Of a stretch of DNA of 64,000 bases, positions 24,814 to 40,498 are shown in pieces (positions within the stretch are counted from its first letter, which is position 1; every line of letters begins with the position of its first letter). The notes beneath the pieces were generated by a model. It searched no databases and was not told the origin of the DNA. It saw only the letters and a program-made list of their open reading frames with translations. The translations under genes and the position numbers were made by a program. This stretch comes from Menidia menidia (taxonomy: Eukaryota), in contig CM109626.1 in assembly GCA_048628825.1 (NCBI GenBank), positions 16,957,077 through 17,021,076 on the forward strand, written 5' to 3'.

Positions 24814-27800
24814 TCCTGGCATAGACGATAATATAGGCTCCCCCGCCCATTACTTGCTGGGGTTTTCAGTTATGTCATTTCCCCTTTCGTTTCCCCGACT
24901 TTTGACTCACAGTTTTCCCCTTTATTCGTCATTAAATGCTCTTTGGGACGGACTGGCAACCTCTCCAGGGTGTAGCTCAGCTCTTGCCCCAGGGTCGTTT
25001 TCTGTCTTTTGCAGACATGTTTTATGCCCCCTTTTCAAATAAAGCACAAACTGAACAACCCCTCTTTTCATGTTTTTCTTCCAAGTCACTGAGCTTGTAA
25101 TCTTGAAAATCTTGCAATCTGCATCTTGTAAGCAGTCTTGAGCAATAGCTCTCCAGGCTTTCTGAGGATGTTTTTCTGTGAACATTGGCTGCTTTTCCCA
25201 CTTGGTCTTGCGCCAGTCTTTGTATCTGACCATTTTTTTTGTTTTGGAGTTTTTTTTTATCAACTCAACTATGAGATCTTAATACCACAAGTTGAATACA
25301 GGAATCCAACTCCAACTTAGCAAAAAAAATTAAAAAAACATTGTAAATTGTATCTCTATTGCTTTTATTACTCACAACCTGTCACAAAGGCTCATGATTT
25401 TTTCCCATTTCTTTAATTAACTGCATTGAAAAGGCCAAAGATAACACAGTAATCTAATAGGAACCAGTCTGCAGAGGGCTTCCACGTGAGTCCCGTCCCC
25501 TCCGTAGCCTTCGAGACTTATAAAGAGGAAAATGAGATAACAGGGAAGTCCTCTGACAGAAAATGTCTATAGCAGAGAAAAATGTCAACAAAAATCTCAG
25601 CAATGACAGTAAAACGAATAAATCATGTGTATTGAACCACAATTGATCAGATTGGATGAAAAAAGAGCAGGAGGAAAAAAACAATGGAAAGAGCATAATT
25701 CTCTTTCCTGCAATATCGTTTCATTATATCATTAAATTAGACTAATGACAAATGGTAAGTGTTTTAAACATATTTAATCATCCCTTTAATGTTGAAAAAA
25801 CCCATTAGCTGTTACATACTGTGGATTTGTTTTCATTATAAACTAAAATTGAACATCTAAGCATTTCTAAATTGTCTCTGATCCATGGATCTGATGGGTT
25901 AGATCCATTAATATCTAACCCAGGAGGAGGGGAATTAAAAGGCCCATGCAGAGCAGGACCTTTTCGGCGTTTTATTTACACATGATTCAAAAGTGATTTA
26001 AGCTTTAAAACATCAGGTTGTTTGGCTAAACGTACACAGCGAGGGGGGAATAAGGTCCCAGCACACAAAATGCAAAGTAATGACTTTCAGCATGAGCTAA
26101 CTGCTTTATCATACCAGACCAATTTCTAGGCCCATCTTAAGCCAGCTCAGTGACAGAGGACAGACAAGAAGCTTCTTGTTCTTGCAAAACGGGCTCTTTG
26201 TGGCCTGTGGCCATGACGTTGACCCCTATAAACTTGTTAATGTGTCGATCAAAAACCTAGAAAGCTGTCTAGGTTTGGAGCTTAAAGAGTCGACGGGGTA
26301 AACAGAAAGGCCGCCTGTAAACATAAAAAAACACGAGAATCTTTCAGTGGAAAAATGTTCTAATATTTGTTTTGATTGCTACTGGTGCTGATTTCACTTG
26401 TGCACAAGAATAACACAGCACTTAAACAAAAATGTTTCACAGACAACCTGTTAAGGTGTCAACTAAGTTTTCTAAGATACAGCAAAGAACCACAAAGGTC
26501 CAGCCAAAACAATTCAAATAACAGGTGACCAGCAAAAGACAAAGAAAGAGAATTAAAAAGATGCAGCATATGCTAAACTCACTAACCCGGTTTGTGCAAC
26601 TCACAATAAGCATCAAAGAGACGTCTGAAGACAGATTCTTAAAGAGGAGAGAGGCCTCCATGCTGCCTAACTGAACCACGAAAAAAGCTATAGTGTCTTG
26701 GAATTGCTAAAAAGTGTTGGAGTCATATTTAAAATACAAGAAGGGAAAAAAAGAAGAAGTGATGCAGAGAAGTAACAAAAAAGCAAAAAAACCTCACTAT
26801 CATTCATCAAAATGACTTAAATACACACTTAATTTCAGGGTAAATGACACTTTCTCTGTAAAATCTCATCCCGGTCGAGTATTTCTTCCTGTGGCTCCAG
26901 CTGGACCTAACACAGAGTTTGGCCCTGTCTTTAGTCAGCATGCCCCAGCACAAACGAATGTAAAAAAAAAGGTCTCAAATCGCTGCCATAGTGACCACAT
27001 CCCCTCTTTAAAGTGCATTCTAATTGGCTTCTTACGTCCGTGGGATGCCTCCTCCTTGTGTTCTTAGTTTGTCCCTCATTTCTGCAGCTCTATCAGTGGA
27101 ACTCACTGCTCGTTCAGCTCTTGGAATGAATGGACAATAAACTCAGCTGGATCGTACTGATTGTTTGGGGATGTGTATCTTATTCCACAAACTCACTTAG
27201 TTACAAAAACAAGGATGAGGATATAGCTCAACTCTGTTATCTGTCTGAGCAGCATGGCACCCTCCAAGCTGCATTGCTTGATGCGATTTACATACAAACT
27301 AAACAAATTACATTGTGCAATATGGAAGAGGCCATAAAAAGATCCACAACAGTTTTCTGAGTTATATGGATCATGATTGTGGCTTTCCAGCTAGCAATTT
27401 GACTATTTTGTGACACTGCTTTGGGTTGTTCTAGGCTGCAGCATAAAGCTGCTCTCAAAGACAAACCTCAGAGTTTACAATAAACAGTCCCTGTTCAGCA
27501 ACAAAAAGCAGAGAGTTAGCATTTCACCACAAAAGACACAAATGTACTCCCCAAAAGTGGAGGGGGACGCAAAAGAGCCCAAAGGGGGTGGTGAAATCTG
27601 AGTGGATTTAATATTCATGCTAAAAATACTCCGGATTAGGCAGATGTTTATCGGTTTTATGGGGGAACATCTTTTTTTTGTTTGTTTGAGCTTGTTTTGC
27701 TGCTCCCAAGAGGAAAAGAACAAGCAGAAGATATAAAAAAAATACATCTGAGGTGACTTTTTCAGTCTTGAATGAGACTGATTGTCCTTCCAAAACCTGC

Positions 27801-30800
27801 AAAACCCTCAGTGGGTTTTATATTTCCTCACTGTTTTAATGTCATGTAACCAGTTACTTTTTAGCAATTATGTTATTGTAAAGAGAAATATCTTAATGAA
27901 AGATTCAAGCTCTAAAAGCTTCATCTTTTATGTCTGAGTCATTCTCAGAAACCGACACTTTATTATTGTTTTATTAATGTTTTCAAACTAATCTCAGCTC
28001 AAACACACTGCTGGATCTTACACATCCCAAACATCTGGGAAGGTAAACACACGCACACACACACCCAACAGTCAGTGTGGATCTCTAACCTGTGAAAGAA
28101 GGTGTAACTCCTCAGTAAAGGAAGGGGTGGACGTCTGTCTAAGCTCACTGCTGCATAATGAATGACAATGACCCCCACAGACTCTCAGTAAAACATTCAG
28201 CTATTAGCTCCAAATGGGAAGAGTTGATGCTCCATGCAAACGCAACATTTGTTCCAAAAATGCTTCCAAAACCTGGGACAGGAACACGCCTCCCGCTTGT
28301 AGCAGTCCCCTGATATTAACAAGAGTCTGTAAACATCTGGGCACCAAGGTGACCAGATGTGTGTAGTGTGTCGTTTTGTATCATCTTCCTGAAATAGAAA
28401 AGGCCTTTCCTGAAAAATACAACATCTGAATGGGAGTCTTTATGCACTTGTTGGTAGCCTTGCCAGATGTTCACCAGTCTCCAAGTGCACTAATGTGCCC
28501 CCATACCATCAAACATCTGTCTCCTTTTAATGTCCAGAGGATGAGATCCATCATTTTCAAATGGACTTTTGAATTTTGATTCTTCTGACTACAGGTTAAT
28601 TTCCTTTGGTGCCTCAGTCCATTTTGAATTAACTTCAGTCCAGAAAAGACAACACACAGTTTCAGGATCTTTTTCACATTGGACTTCTTCTCAGGATGGT
28701 AGGCCTGATTATGCTGTGATATCCTGGACAGAGTCATCTAAATCAGAGCTGCCTGAGGGCCTAAAGGTCACAGGAATCTCATACTGATTTCTGGAAATGT
28801 TCTTTTTTGCAGAGTTGTGCCTCCAGACTGGATCATTTAAGTTCTTCCAAACTCTCCATTGTGGAACATTATGCAGAAATTGCTCTCCAATCCTGGAGTC
28901 CTGAGCCTCTGCTTATCTTTAAAGACCCTCTGAGCTGCTCTTTTATACCACAATCGTGTTACTGGCCAGTCGCCAAAGATCCTAAGTAGCTGCGACACCT
29001 AAATCCAGCTGTTTCTTTTTAGTAGCATTTACTTTTCTGTTGCCCACCATCTCAATCTTTTCTTAGCATAGTGGAATGTCTCACTTTCAACATTTCCACG
29101 ATCTAATGAGAATAAAACTTTTGTTTTATGAGACTTGGATTCTGTTTATTTAAAGTTTGTTTAAGACTGCAGTTGTGCTTGTAATTCAACAACATTTATA
29201 TTTTAACTTTGAGTGATCGTTCCACAAATGACACTGAATCTGAGAGTCTTTCAGCCCAGATGTGTGGATGTCGACTCAAACCTGAGCACAAGAGGAGGAA
29301 TAAAAACAAGCGTTTGCTCTGCCTATTTTTTTCCTTCATGTATTGTGAACCAAAAAGTGTAGAATTAAAAATCATCATGTAGAGATAATGTACTCTCCAT
29401 GTCTGAACTGGGACTCCTTTAAACCCACAAACTCTCTGGACTGTGCTAAGAAGAAAACCTCTGGGAGTCGACATAATTTGCCAAGTAAACACAATTTATA
29501 AAGACACTGGCCTTCAGCTAATACACACCAGAAACAATGTTGAAACAGTTACCTCCAATGCTTGCAGCGGGTCGTGTTACCCTGCTGTGTCACCCCTGGG
29601 TGTTGCAAAAGAGCAGGTAACCCCGGCCAGGAATAACATTTCTGCACCAAACCAAAATGAGCTCTGCGTATGGGCAGTCACTGTTAATGTCCGTGAAAGG
29701 TATGCGGGGTCCAGGCAGCCGAGAAAAACATGTGACGAGCCATTTCATCAGCGGGCTGCGGACACGGAGCGGCTGTCAGAAAACAGCAGCTCAAACCAGA
29801 CCGACTCCGGGAGTGACAAATCCAGCTTTAAGTGACAAATATCTATACGTGAGGCGGTAAACCCATAGTTGCCAAACACTGATGGATCCCATATGATGTA
29901 TGGGATATGATCAGAGCTGTTTCTCTGTCACTCTGGGCCTTTAATTAAACACATTAGGTCATCCTGCTACGTAATGTAAACATGAGTATTAAAGGCAGCT
30001 TAACAACAAAGCCGTGACTCTAAATGAACTCTGTCGGCGCACCGGCGGGAATAGCCGTAATGAGTCGTTTCCATCCAAACGTTGCTCAAGTTTTTATCAA
30101 ATTTGCAAAGTATTGCGGGTAGAAAAGCTGAATCAGCAGGTTTTTTTTTTTTTTTCTTTCCTCCCGTTGCATTACACAAATATCCAGAAGAGGGCGGGCA
30201 TGTTAGCAAAGGAGGGAAATATCTCCGGAGGCTTAATTTGTGTCCTCCGTACGTGGTGTTTTCCATTCTCTGTGATTTGTGATTCCCGGGTTGGGGGGTT
30301 CATATTAACACCCAAGAGCTGAAACCTGAGTGTCACGGTCAGCACCGACTGGACCTTTCAGAGTGGGGTTTGTTCTCCTACAGCAAACTCAAACTTCCTC
30401 CTACAAAATCGTTTATCTGCAATCCCTAAATTAACCTTTGGCATCTAATTGTGCCTTTAGGGGTCCAGAGAGTCATCTCTGGGGTACCCTCAAAGGTCCT
30501 GCTGTTGTACCCTTTAGTGTACCTTTAACGGCCTCTAAAACTACAAATATGGTGCCTTAGAGTCCAGTTATTTGCCATATAGGCTACTTAAAGTACCTCA
30601 GGAGACGTAAATGTGCCGCTATTGTGTCCCTGTTTTTGCCAGCGTGGTACCCTGCCTGATGCACAACTCTAGCTGCAGCCCCCTTTAAAGCCCAAAAACG
30701 GGCACTTTACAGGCCTCTCGCCCAGATTCATGATGCTGTCATCACGTTTTTTTAGACACAATAAAAACATAAACTTCTCTTAAAGCTGTAATGTGTGACC

Positions 30801-31189
30801 CTATGTCCTGATGCAGCACCAGACTGACTCTAAACCAGCAAAGTCACTGGACATCATGACTTTTATTTAATTCCCCCGTTTGAACCGGTCAGAGACGTCT
30901 GTTTTAATGTTTCCCCGATTTGTGAACAACCTAAAGGAAATACTGGTCAGAAGCTTGGAAAAGGAGTGAATAGAAATACGAAAGATATGATTAATGAATG
31001 AATTCAGCTCCACATTGCTGGTTGATCCATCGCCCATCCATCAATTTCATGCACCTCCTTGTTCCAGTTCTGGGTCCTGGGGGGCTGGAGCCTATAGTGG
31101 GTGATTGGTGGGATACACCTTGGATTGATGCATCAATCCCTCTGATAATAATGTAGATGAAGTGTAAGGGGCCCGCTTTTTCCTCTGAA

Positions 31190-31207
31190 CCCCCCCCCCC
31201 CCCCCCC
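31190..31207. repeat. C18 homopolymer.
   Basis: Read directly from the sequence. Confidence 0.9.
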
Positions 31208-34200
31208 AGGGGTTAATCCAACCATGTTGTAATCCAACGTCGCTCTTTGACTCTGTTAGAAACTTTGCATTAAGAAAACAATCTTCTCAAACTGAAAAGC
31301 TTTTGTTATTCTCTTCCCCTGGTGTGAAACTGAAATGAACGTACGGCGCGTCTGCCAAGCCAAACAAATATTTCAGGTCGACACAAATCTTGGCCGTTTC
31401 CCGCTTGTAGCGCCATGCTTCATCTGAACACTTGACCAAACAATCCCAGCATCTGGTGGAACAATCAGCCGGTCACTGGTATTGATCAACAACACGATCA
31501 ATCTGCCCGTATCAGGGCCGCTCGGAGCTTTTCGAAACAGTGCAAATCTTGTTTATTGGCGTTTTAATAGCCACATATATAAGATTAGATGAAGAAGATC
31601 ATAAAAAGCGGCCTGCACACACCTCTGTGCCACAGCACTGCGAGCATAAACCATGATCCCCCAGCCCACGCTCGGTGCCAGTGATATCATGAGACTAATG
31701 ATTAAAACAAGCCTCCTCATCTGCTGGACTCTCAGTAAGCCAGATTTCCACCCCCTGCGTTGCATTTTTCATTCCAGCAACATTACATAAATCAGTGGGC
31801 TGCGGAGGAGTGGAAAGGAAGAGTCCCATAAGTAATAAGAAGGGGAAAAAAATATCACAAGTAACCATGAGCTCACCACAGAGCAGAGCACCCACTGTAT
31901 TAATTCCTCAAATCTTTGTTGCACAATCAAAACAAGTTCTTGTGTAATCCGTGATATGGAGGTAAAATTAAAACAGACAATAGCTTCATCCTATCACAAT
32001 GTGGAACTATTCTTGTAGTTAGGGATGTTTTTCCTCATTCATCAGAAACAGTTCACAGGTTTCTGCTTAAAAAAAAACCTCCTCCAAACGTCACTTCATG
32101 CCTCAGCTGGGCTTCATTTACAGGAGTCCATGTCTTTTTCTTTTTCTTTTTTTTTTATTTGACCACTTTTCTTATTGTCACATCACAAAAGCCCAAGTCA
32201 TGTCATCACCAGAAAAGGTTCAAATTAAGCATGCAGCGCTCCTGCGTCACGTGGTAACCTGGTCAACGACATTAAATCAGAGTTTCTAGCAGAACAGAGT
32301 TGTTGCTACAGGAGTGGGTTTGCGTCAGGAGCTGTTTCTTACCGTGTTGCGTTCACGATCCGGCTCGCTCGCTGCTTTCCCTCGCGCTGCCTGCACGCGG
32401 ACTGTACTTCCCACTGTCACTGCAGCGCGCTCAGCGCACGAGCAGCACGGGCACGCACTCTAATCCCCCCCCCCCACATCCAGATTCATACCCCCCCTAA
32501 AATTCTAACGATAATAATACTCCCTTGGGTGTGTTTACAGTACCAATAGTACTTTTTAAATCTCTTTCAAACCCACAGCTGTATGTCTCTATTAGTTTTT
32601 TCCCCCCCAAAGAGGATCATCTGTGTTTTATGTGAAAGCGAAAAAAAGAACTAAAATACATGCCAAAGATTTGTTTAAAATGGTTGAAGAGATAAAACAG
32701 ATTATGACAACTTACTGTATGTCTTCACAGGCTGAAAATGTTGATTTGAACAAAGACATATCTATGAATATACAATTGTCTATGCAAGCTCCAATTGGTG
32801 CATGCAGCCTGAGAAAACTAGCAGAAGAAAAAACACTGACTTGATATGAATTTTCATCTGTAATCTTGCTTATAAAAGCACTTTCACTTTTACCTTAAAA
32901 AGTGGGAGAATAAACAGTTAATTTGATATAAGGCACATATTGAATAATCAGTTGTTAGGAATTGTATGAAACTAATCCAATGTTCAGCAGATCTGATGGA
33001 TTCAGGAACATTGTTTCAAAATTAAGAGCTACACCCCCAAAATCTGACTCAGGACTGGAGGACTGGTTTTAAAATAGGAACAGAAATATAAAAATCCTTA
33101 ATCTGCAGCTTCAGAAGCCACCTACTGGAGTCCTGTGTCATTCCACACAAAGACTGAAATGTCATTTATTTCAATAAATAAATGTCCTGTTTGCAAATTT
33201 TAATCCTTACTGCTTGCTTCTGGATCTCTTTGGGGCGACACGCAGAATACCGAGTGAGGCTGGCAAAGACAGAGTTAGAGTAGACTAAGCAAGAGTTTCC
33301 AGAAAGCTGAAAAATAACCTTCATAATGTGAGGTCTGACATCACCATTCACAGTTCAATCAGATTTGACAGAAAAATCCTGGGTGATGATTCTTGTTTTG
33401 CCAGAAAAAGACTAATAATGTTTAATGATTATTTCTAATCAACAGTCACAACAGATCACAGGAATCTTATTTAAGGTATGAAAGTCCAAACTGTATTCTT
33501 CCATGTATCCTGATCATTTGCGTAAAAGGCACTTTAGACTAATGCATCTGCCAAACAAACATGAAATATATTATGATTGTTTCCTCCCAGTACGGTTAAC
33601 CACTATTCCTATATGATAACTGATAGCTGACAGGGCTCATAGGTCCACATGGCATCTCTTCACTTTCTGGTATTTTTATTTCCAGTGGGTTCCCTATAAT
33701 TTTAGCTCTTTAGGTTTGAGGTGCTCGGCACTGACCTCATACTGACCATATTCTGGTTTCTGGTCTGTGCAGTTTCCAGTATCTGCATCGTTTTAAGGTC
33801 TGCACAATTTATTCTGGGGTGAAAATTAATGGTACACATTAACTTCAAATCACTACCCGCTGTGACATGCAGAAGGTGAAGAGCCTCCTTGTTGCTCCCA
33901 CATTTGTATCAGTCACATCAACGTCCAACAGCCTGTCACACATCTGGCCCGTGCACTGCTGAGCCTGTCAGAAACACACAAAGGAGGCAAACAAGCACAG
34001 AAACTTTTCATCTGTGTACAAGACGGTAAAAAAGGCACGTCAGAGTTAGATTTCTGATTCCTGAGATGATGCACAGAGCTATAAACAAGCCCTCTGGGAC
34101 AATGCGCTAAACAAAACCAGATGGGCAAAAACAATTCACAAAAGAACATATTCTCCGTGAAAATTGGGACATAGGGGGTTTTCACTGTTAACTAGATACA

Positions 34201-36729
34201 GAAAACAGCTGGTATCATTCTGTTTTGTTTGCAGTCCCCTTTTCACTGAAATAGGAAAATGAGAATTTAAGCAAGGGGTCACATGAAGCTTAATTCTGAA
34301 ACAAAACACACCTCCTTCAAGGATCTGCGGACCATTTTCATCCCACTTAATGAAGCGAAAGCAAAAGATGTCACAGGGAATTATGTGTTGATGTTAGAAC
34401 TTACTGAACATATTTTTTCCCCCAGATTTACAAGATCTTTTGAGACTTTTTGATATTGAAGGTTTTGTATTTCATGAAGGCTGTAAAGTGGTTTTGACGT
34501 CATTGCCTGCAGAATGGGGCCCACTAAGCGGTTGCAAAATAAATATATGAAAAGTCAAAATATGGTTTACAAGAGGGCAGGTAGAACATCAAATTAAGAA
34601 TAAAACGTTCATGTGCTCAGAAAATTGAACTGATATTAGATCTTGTAAAATAACTTCTTGATGTTTGCCAAAATTATAAACTACTTCTGATATGTTCTAC
34701 TTCACCCTCCAGTTCTCTGAAAATCCTCCCAAAAAGGTCTCAAGGGGGAATTATGGATTTTAAAAATCTTAGTTTGGAGAAGAAGATGTCCTTGCACAGG
34801 TGCCATCTAACTTGAATTTAGCTAAAATGATTGGAAAAACATTACAAATCACAAGCATTATTCATAACACCGACAACTTGTCTGAACCGTGTTTCGTCCG
34901 AACCACTACCTCCAGGTACAGGCCAGACTTTTATCCGACAGGAATAAAAGGAACTCCTGTTGTTCCCCATCAGCACACTGGATGTCCTCATCGAGCGTCC
35001 CCCAGCCATGAGAGGTTGACTTACTTTGCTTTTCTTATAGGGTCCTTTCTATGAATACATTTATTAAACAAACAGTATTTTGTTTTTTATTTATTTGACT
35101 TCAGATACCCTGATTGGGTAACGCCAGCAGCTCCTCTGTCCGACATCCTTAACTCTGCCAGCCTCTTATGTGAGTCCACTGAGACAGAGATGTGGTAATA
35201 ACGGCCCTATGATGTGTTTTTATGCATTGTTTTGAGTTGTTTTCCCTCTTTCTCCGAAGCAGCGGCTGGCTGTTGTTCGGCTTTTCGTGAACCTCTCCTC
35301 CAATTAAGAGACTTTAGCACTGTAGCCTCCGCCATATCCCTCTGCTTCAGAGGAGCTTCAGCTTCAGCTGTCCTCCACATTTATTACTCCAAGAACGCCA
35401 TCTCCTGGTTGGCTTTGGCGATCAGTTCACAGGATCAATTGAGCTTCATTCAAAATACATTTATTAAAGTCCCATCTAAAGATTTATATTCATACATAGA
35501 ACACCAATTAACATACATAAAAACTAGAGAATGGGGGATTCCTCAAATAGCTTCAAAACAATTTAATGTCATGAGATGCCAAAGCAGCAAAAAGATCTAT
35601 AATTATTTTCTTTAACATGTCCTAAGAGTGCCAGAAATTTGACTTGCTCTGACTCTGTAACCCCAAGTGACAATCTCATGATATCATCATAGAGAACTTG
35701 ATGTTTTTCTATAATTTGACACCGGGTATGGAGTCCAAAAGTACATCTGTACATCTACTTAACCTGAGAAGGAGTGTGTTTGATTGTTCTTTAATATTGC
35801 ACTTAAATATGCTGGTCATCCCTAATTTCTATATAATAAACGTCTAAAGTAATTGTTACCGATTCTAAGATTATCAACCAATGAAACACTGTTTTTAAAG
35901 ATATTTTGTGTCTTTTGTTCTACGGATCATGACATTATATTATTTTTATTTGGCCCCACGTGCAGAACTATGACTGAATATATATGATTTTCTGTAATTA
36001 CAACAGTACTTGTCCACAAAACGAGTGGATAGAAATTTTGAGTTAGGGGTTCTAGTTTATCCTAATCTGCAAGAGATTCCCCAAGAGTTTTAAAAAATCA
36101 CCCTGTAGGACTCCACGGGCACCACAATGGAGATCGTCTGCTTCAAATGATAAACATTTGAGGACCATAATAAATAGAACAAACACATCAGAAACACTAA
36201 GAAAGGTACAGCTATGACGCTACGGAGAAATCAATAACCCTGGCTAATAACTCATTACTGTTTGCAGTTTAATAAAGATGGATAAACATCCAATTAGATA
36301 TTTGTGTAACGTAGTTTGAAAAGAAAAAAATAAAGAATGACGCATATAGAGATTTTTTCTCATGTTGGATGCAAAGCGTTGGATCCAACGACACTTATTT
36401 GGTTCGTTGTGGTTACCAGTTTGCACCGGTGGGGCGTTGTTGCACGTTACAGTTCTGTTCCAAACCCCGCCCATCTCGGACTGCTCTGTGGTTCAAAACC
36501 AACACCACCCGCAGTCGTGCCATCGCCCGTGAATGTTAGCTCGTTTGCTAGAAGAAAGCTCGATTGTGCACCAAAAGGACGACCTAAGTAATTTGACAGA
36601 ATTTACCGAAAGCAAGGCATTTTGCTCGTAAAGGTCGTGGTGAGTATTTTGTCCCCAGACATTTTTCATTTTTCCTTCCTTTTTCTTTTCTTTTTGGATT
36701 TTTTTCCTACGATGCTTTTTGGACGTAAT

Positions 36730-37140
36730 GTGCTGGCTAGCGGGGTAGCTAGCTTAGCTAACGTGGAAATGCTCAAAGACATGAATGGTGCTTGTTGTTT
36801 TTATAGACGACGCTTTGGATGCAAATTAGCTACTGTTTCTCCTATTTTTGCAAGTTTTGTCTAGTTTGAATTTTTCTAGCCTTTACTCGGAAGATTTTTC
36901 CTTGACGGGACTGATTTGTTTTTTTTGGCACGCTCTTAGCGCTAGCTAATGGCGTCAGAGGCTCCGTTGCTCTGCTAGCCACAGCATCCTCTCCGATCCA
37001 TGATTGATTTCTGATTATCGGCTGCGTATCTATCTGAATTTTGCAAGTTTTGGTTTTTGCAAGCACAAGAACTGGTCAGATTGCTGTGTATTTTTTCATG
37101 CTTTCCAGTAGTTGGTTGGCTAACGTTAGCCATGCTAGCC
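36730..37140. repeat. Cluster of GCTAGC / GCTAACGTTAGC palindromic motifs.
   Basis: Motif instances are gctagcggggtagctagcttagctaacgtgg (about 36733), gcgctagctaatggcg (about 36940), ctgctagccacagc (about 36967) and ggttggctaacgttagccatgctagccggc (about 37111). Confidence 0.4.
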
Positions 37141-38639
37141 GGCTTTGAGCCCCCGGGCCTGTGGTTCACACTGAAGCCTGGCGGTGGCGCTGTCGCTCTC
37201 CAGGGTGTTGTGGATGGTTTAGGTAATTTTCACTAATAACCACATAAAGAAACAAAGACTGATTTTCACGGCTCGGTCAGCTTTTTTGTGGAGTTCCCCT
37301 CGTTTTTTCCTTTTCCCACGCATGATGAGTGAATTTTTTATTTTTATTTTTGGTCTCAAATTTTTCTGATTTTGGGTGCTCTGGACGGCCAGCGGCCTTG
37401 GCTTTGTTTCAAAACGTCACAATACACATTTGATTAAACGATTTTGTAATAAAGTTTACGACTGCTTTAATGTGTATCCAATTCAAATGGCGAGCGTCCA
37501 CTGCTCTGAAGGCCGCAGTTCACCCCCATGAGCCCCGTTTGTGGCCTGATCCGTTTCAGGCCCTCCTGCTAGCTTTTAGGCTAACCCGTGATTTAAACAT
37601 GTACACAAAATGCCCGGACTGTTGTTTACATCTGAAAAACCTCTCACTCTTGTGAAAGCTTGGGGAGGGTGGCCAGAGGGACTAAATGCTTTCATGGTGT
37701 CTGTGAGGACAATGACGTTCACATTAAATAAAAAATAATTATTTATTTAAGCCAGTGTTGCCAGGTCCTGTTATATAAACGACCAATTGGTGCTCTAAAA
37801 CCTAGCATCCTTGATTCTAGGGCAGTAATAAAGATACAATATTCCTCTGACTGTGAATTTGAATTAAATGGCTGCTTTAATCTTTTTAGTTATTCTAGCT
37901 GGAGAAAATGCCTACAAATTTGAATTGTCCTGAAAAGATATAACCCATTCAAATCATCCTTCCTGTAATCCTCATTAATGTCAGCAATGTTGTTTTTACG
38001 TTCATCACTGTATAAATGTGCATCTCGCCTAGGTCTTTTAATCCAATATTTTATGCATTTCTCATGTCTTTCTCTTTGTATTTGAACTGTAAAATCCATC
38101 CTGTCTAACTGGGGCAAAGAAGACGAGGGGGGTTCTGCTATACAGGAGGACCAATTGGGGATGATGCTATTTCAACAAATGTATATAAATCCATGAAACT
38201 CCAATCTGTACCTGTTGACCTTTTGGGGTGTTTAAAGAAAAAGGGTTAAAGATTATTATTTAAAAAAGAAAGTAGACCTGGCAGCACTGATTTAAAAACA
38301 CCAACCCAAGTGGCTCATATCAGTCAGAGTTGCTACGGAACCATCTCTTACTTTGCAGGAAGCTATTTCCAAAAATAATTAAAGGCAGAAAGTGACACGA
38401 GCTTTAATCGTGGAGAATTAATAAAAAATTACCACATAAATAAAACGACTCGCGGAGGAGTGTGTAGCGGGAAAAACTCCCTCTGAGAAATCTGACACGG
38501 CTCCTTTAACCTGTGGAGCCATTGACCTGTGATTGCTTTCCGTTTGTTCCAAACGTGAACAAAGAAACACTTTTGATGGGTGCTGTGTGTGTGAGAACTG
38601 TCGGTCAGAGGCCTGTGCGTACATCCTCACATCGTGGCA

Positions 38640-38789
38640 GTCTCATCCCACCTGCGTCATAAAGGCTGACCCGTGGTGTGACGTTTGTGGGTCCAAACAT
38701 GCACTAGTGTCTAGTTTTAGCCTCTGAGGGGGGGCGCCGCGCCGCCGTAGCCCCGCCTCGTCACTGACTCCTGCACACACCCCAGCCAG
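38640..38789 (+). promoter_or_regulatory. hnrnpc: Candidate promoter plus non-coding exon 1 of the hnRNP C-like gene. It has a GC box and the donor ccagccag|gtaagac at 38789/38790.
   Basis: The island is CpG-rich (gggggcgccgcgccgccgtagccccgcctcgtcac) and is followed by a consensus donor. The matching acceptor cctctttag|G is at 39659/39660, 98 nt before the ATG. Confidence 0.35.
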
Positions 38790-39580
38790 GTAAGACTTGG
38801 ATGGAGATAACCCTGCCCAGCTTGACTGAGGTGTGTTTTCTGTCACCTCAGTATAAATCGAGAGGGGCGAAGGTCAGGACACCAGCCCACACTGAGCCCA
38901 GCCCCCAGGGTCAAACCTCCGACGACAGCCCTGCACACAGACGCGATGGAGTGAGTGATGAATGTTTAACCCCCCCGTCAGCTCCGTGGGGGGGGTGTTA
39001 CTGTTGATGCCTCTGCTGTTTTCCACATGTCCACGTCTCCATAGTAACACAAGGCTCTTCCTTGTGCCGGAGGAGAGGATTTCTAAGCTGTCGTTGGTCT
39101 CCGGGGGGTTAATTCAGTTTATCGATGAGGGCTCAATGAAAAGGGAAATTTGCCTCTTGTTTAGCGTCGCCTTTCAGAGTAGCTAGAGTAGCGACGTCAG
39201 AGGAAGTGTTGAGGGAATACCGGTGCGCGGATGTGTTCCGGTTTTATTTTGTTTTTGTTAATCAAAACCCCATTTCTGCTAATGTTAACGCTGCTGCATT
39301 TGCATGATTTCCTCTTTTTATTTAACGCCGCCGGCATCCTGCTGCAAAAGCAGAACCTGATGGTGAACTCGTCTGAGGGAAGGCAGCGGAGAATGTCACA
39401 CCTGGTTGTTTTAGGGACATTTTTGAGTTCAGCTGAGGGCTTTAATCGCCCGCTGGTGAATGATTGAGCCGACTAAAGGCCTCTGGACGCACAGCCATCG
39501 AGATTAGGTGTCTCGAACTCCTCGAGGGGCCGCTGTCCAGCAGGTCTGAGCTGTTCCCCCGCTTCCACACTCCTGATTGA

Positions 39581-40258
<678 letters not shown>

Positions 40259-40331
40259 TAGTGTGAACGTCGTGTCCGATCTCGGCCCGGACGCCGCTGG
40301 CCCCCCTCTCTGACCGCCATGTTGCTCCCCA

Positions 40332-40404
40332 GACATCAACCTGGCCGGGGAACCCAAACCGCACCGCTCCAAAACCACCAAGCGCTCAGCGGGCGACATG
40401 TACA
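40332..40404 (+). CDS. hnrnpc: hnRNP C-like, coding exon 2: (D)[23 protein letters not shown].
   Basis: The acceptor is ccccag|AC and the donor TACAG|gtcagt. The exon continues the frame and matches hnRNP [26 protein letters not shown]. Confidence 0.8.
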
Positions 40405-40498
40405 GGTCAGTGCCCCCCCCCCCCACCGGCCGCCGCCGATCCCTGCGGACGCCATGTTTCCTCACAGCCGCTCTCTCCTTTGATCTTTTTCCGTTTAG

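Noticed and set aside
29560-30330. Possible ncRNA or exon in a moderately GC-rich block flanked by T18 and A-rich tracts.
   Set aside because: I saw no recognisable RNA family signature and no splice-consistent ORF. It is most likely a decayed retroposed or intergenic sequence.
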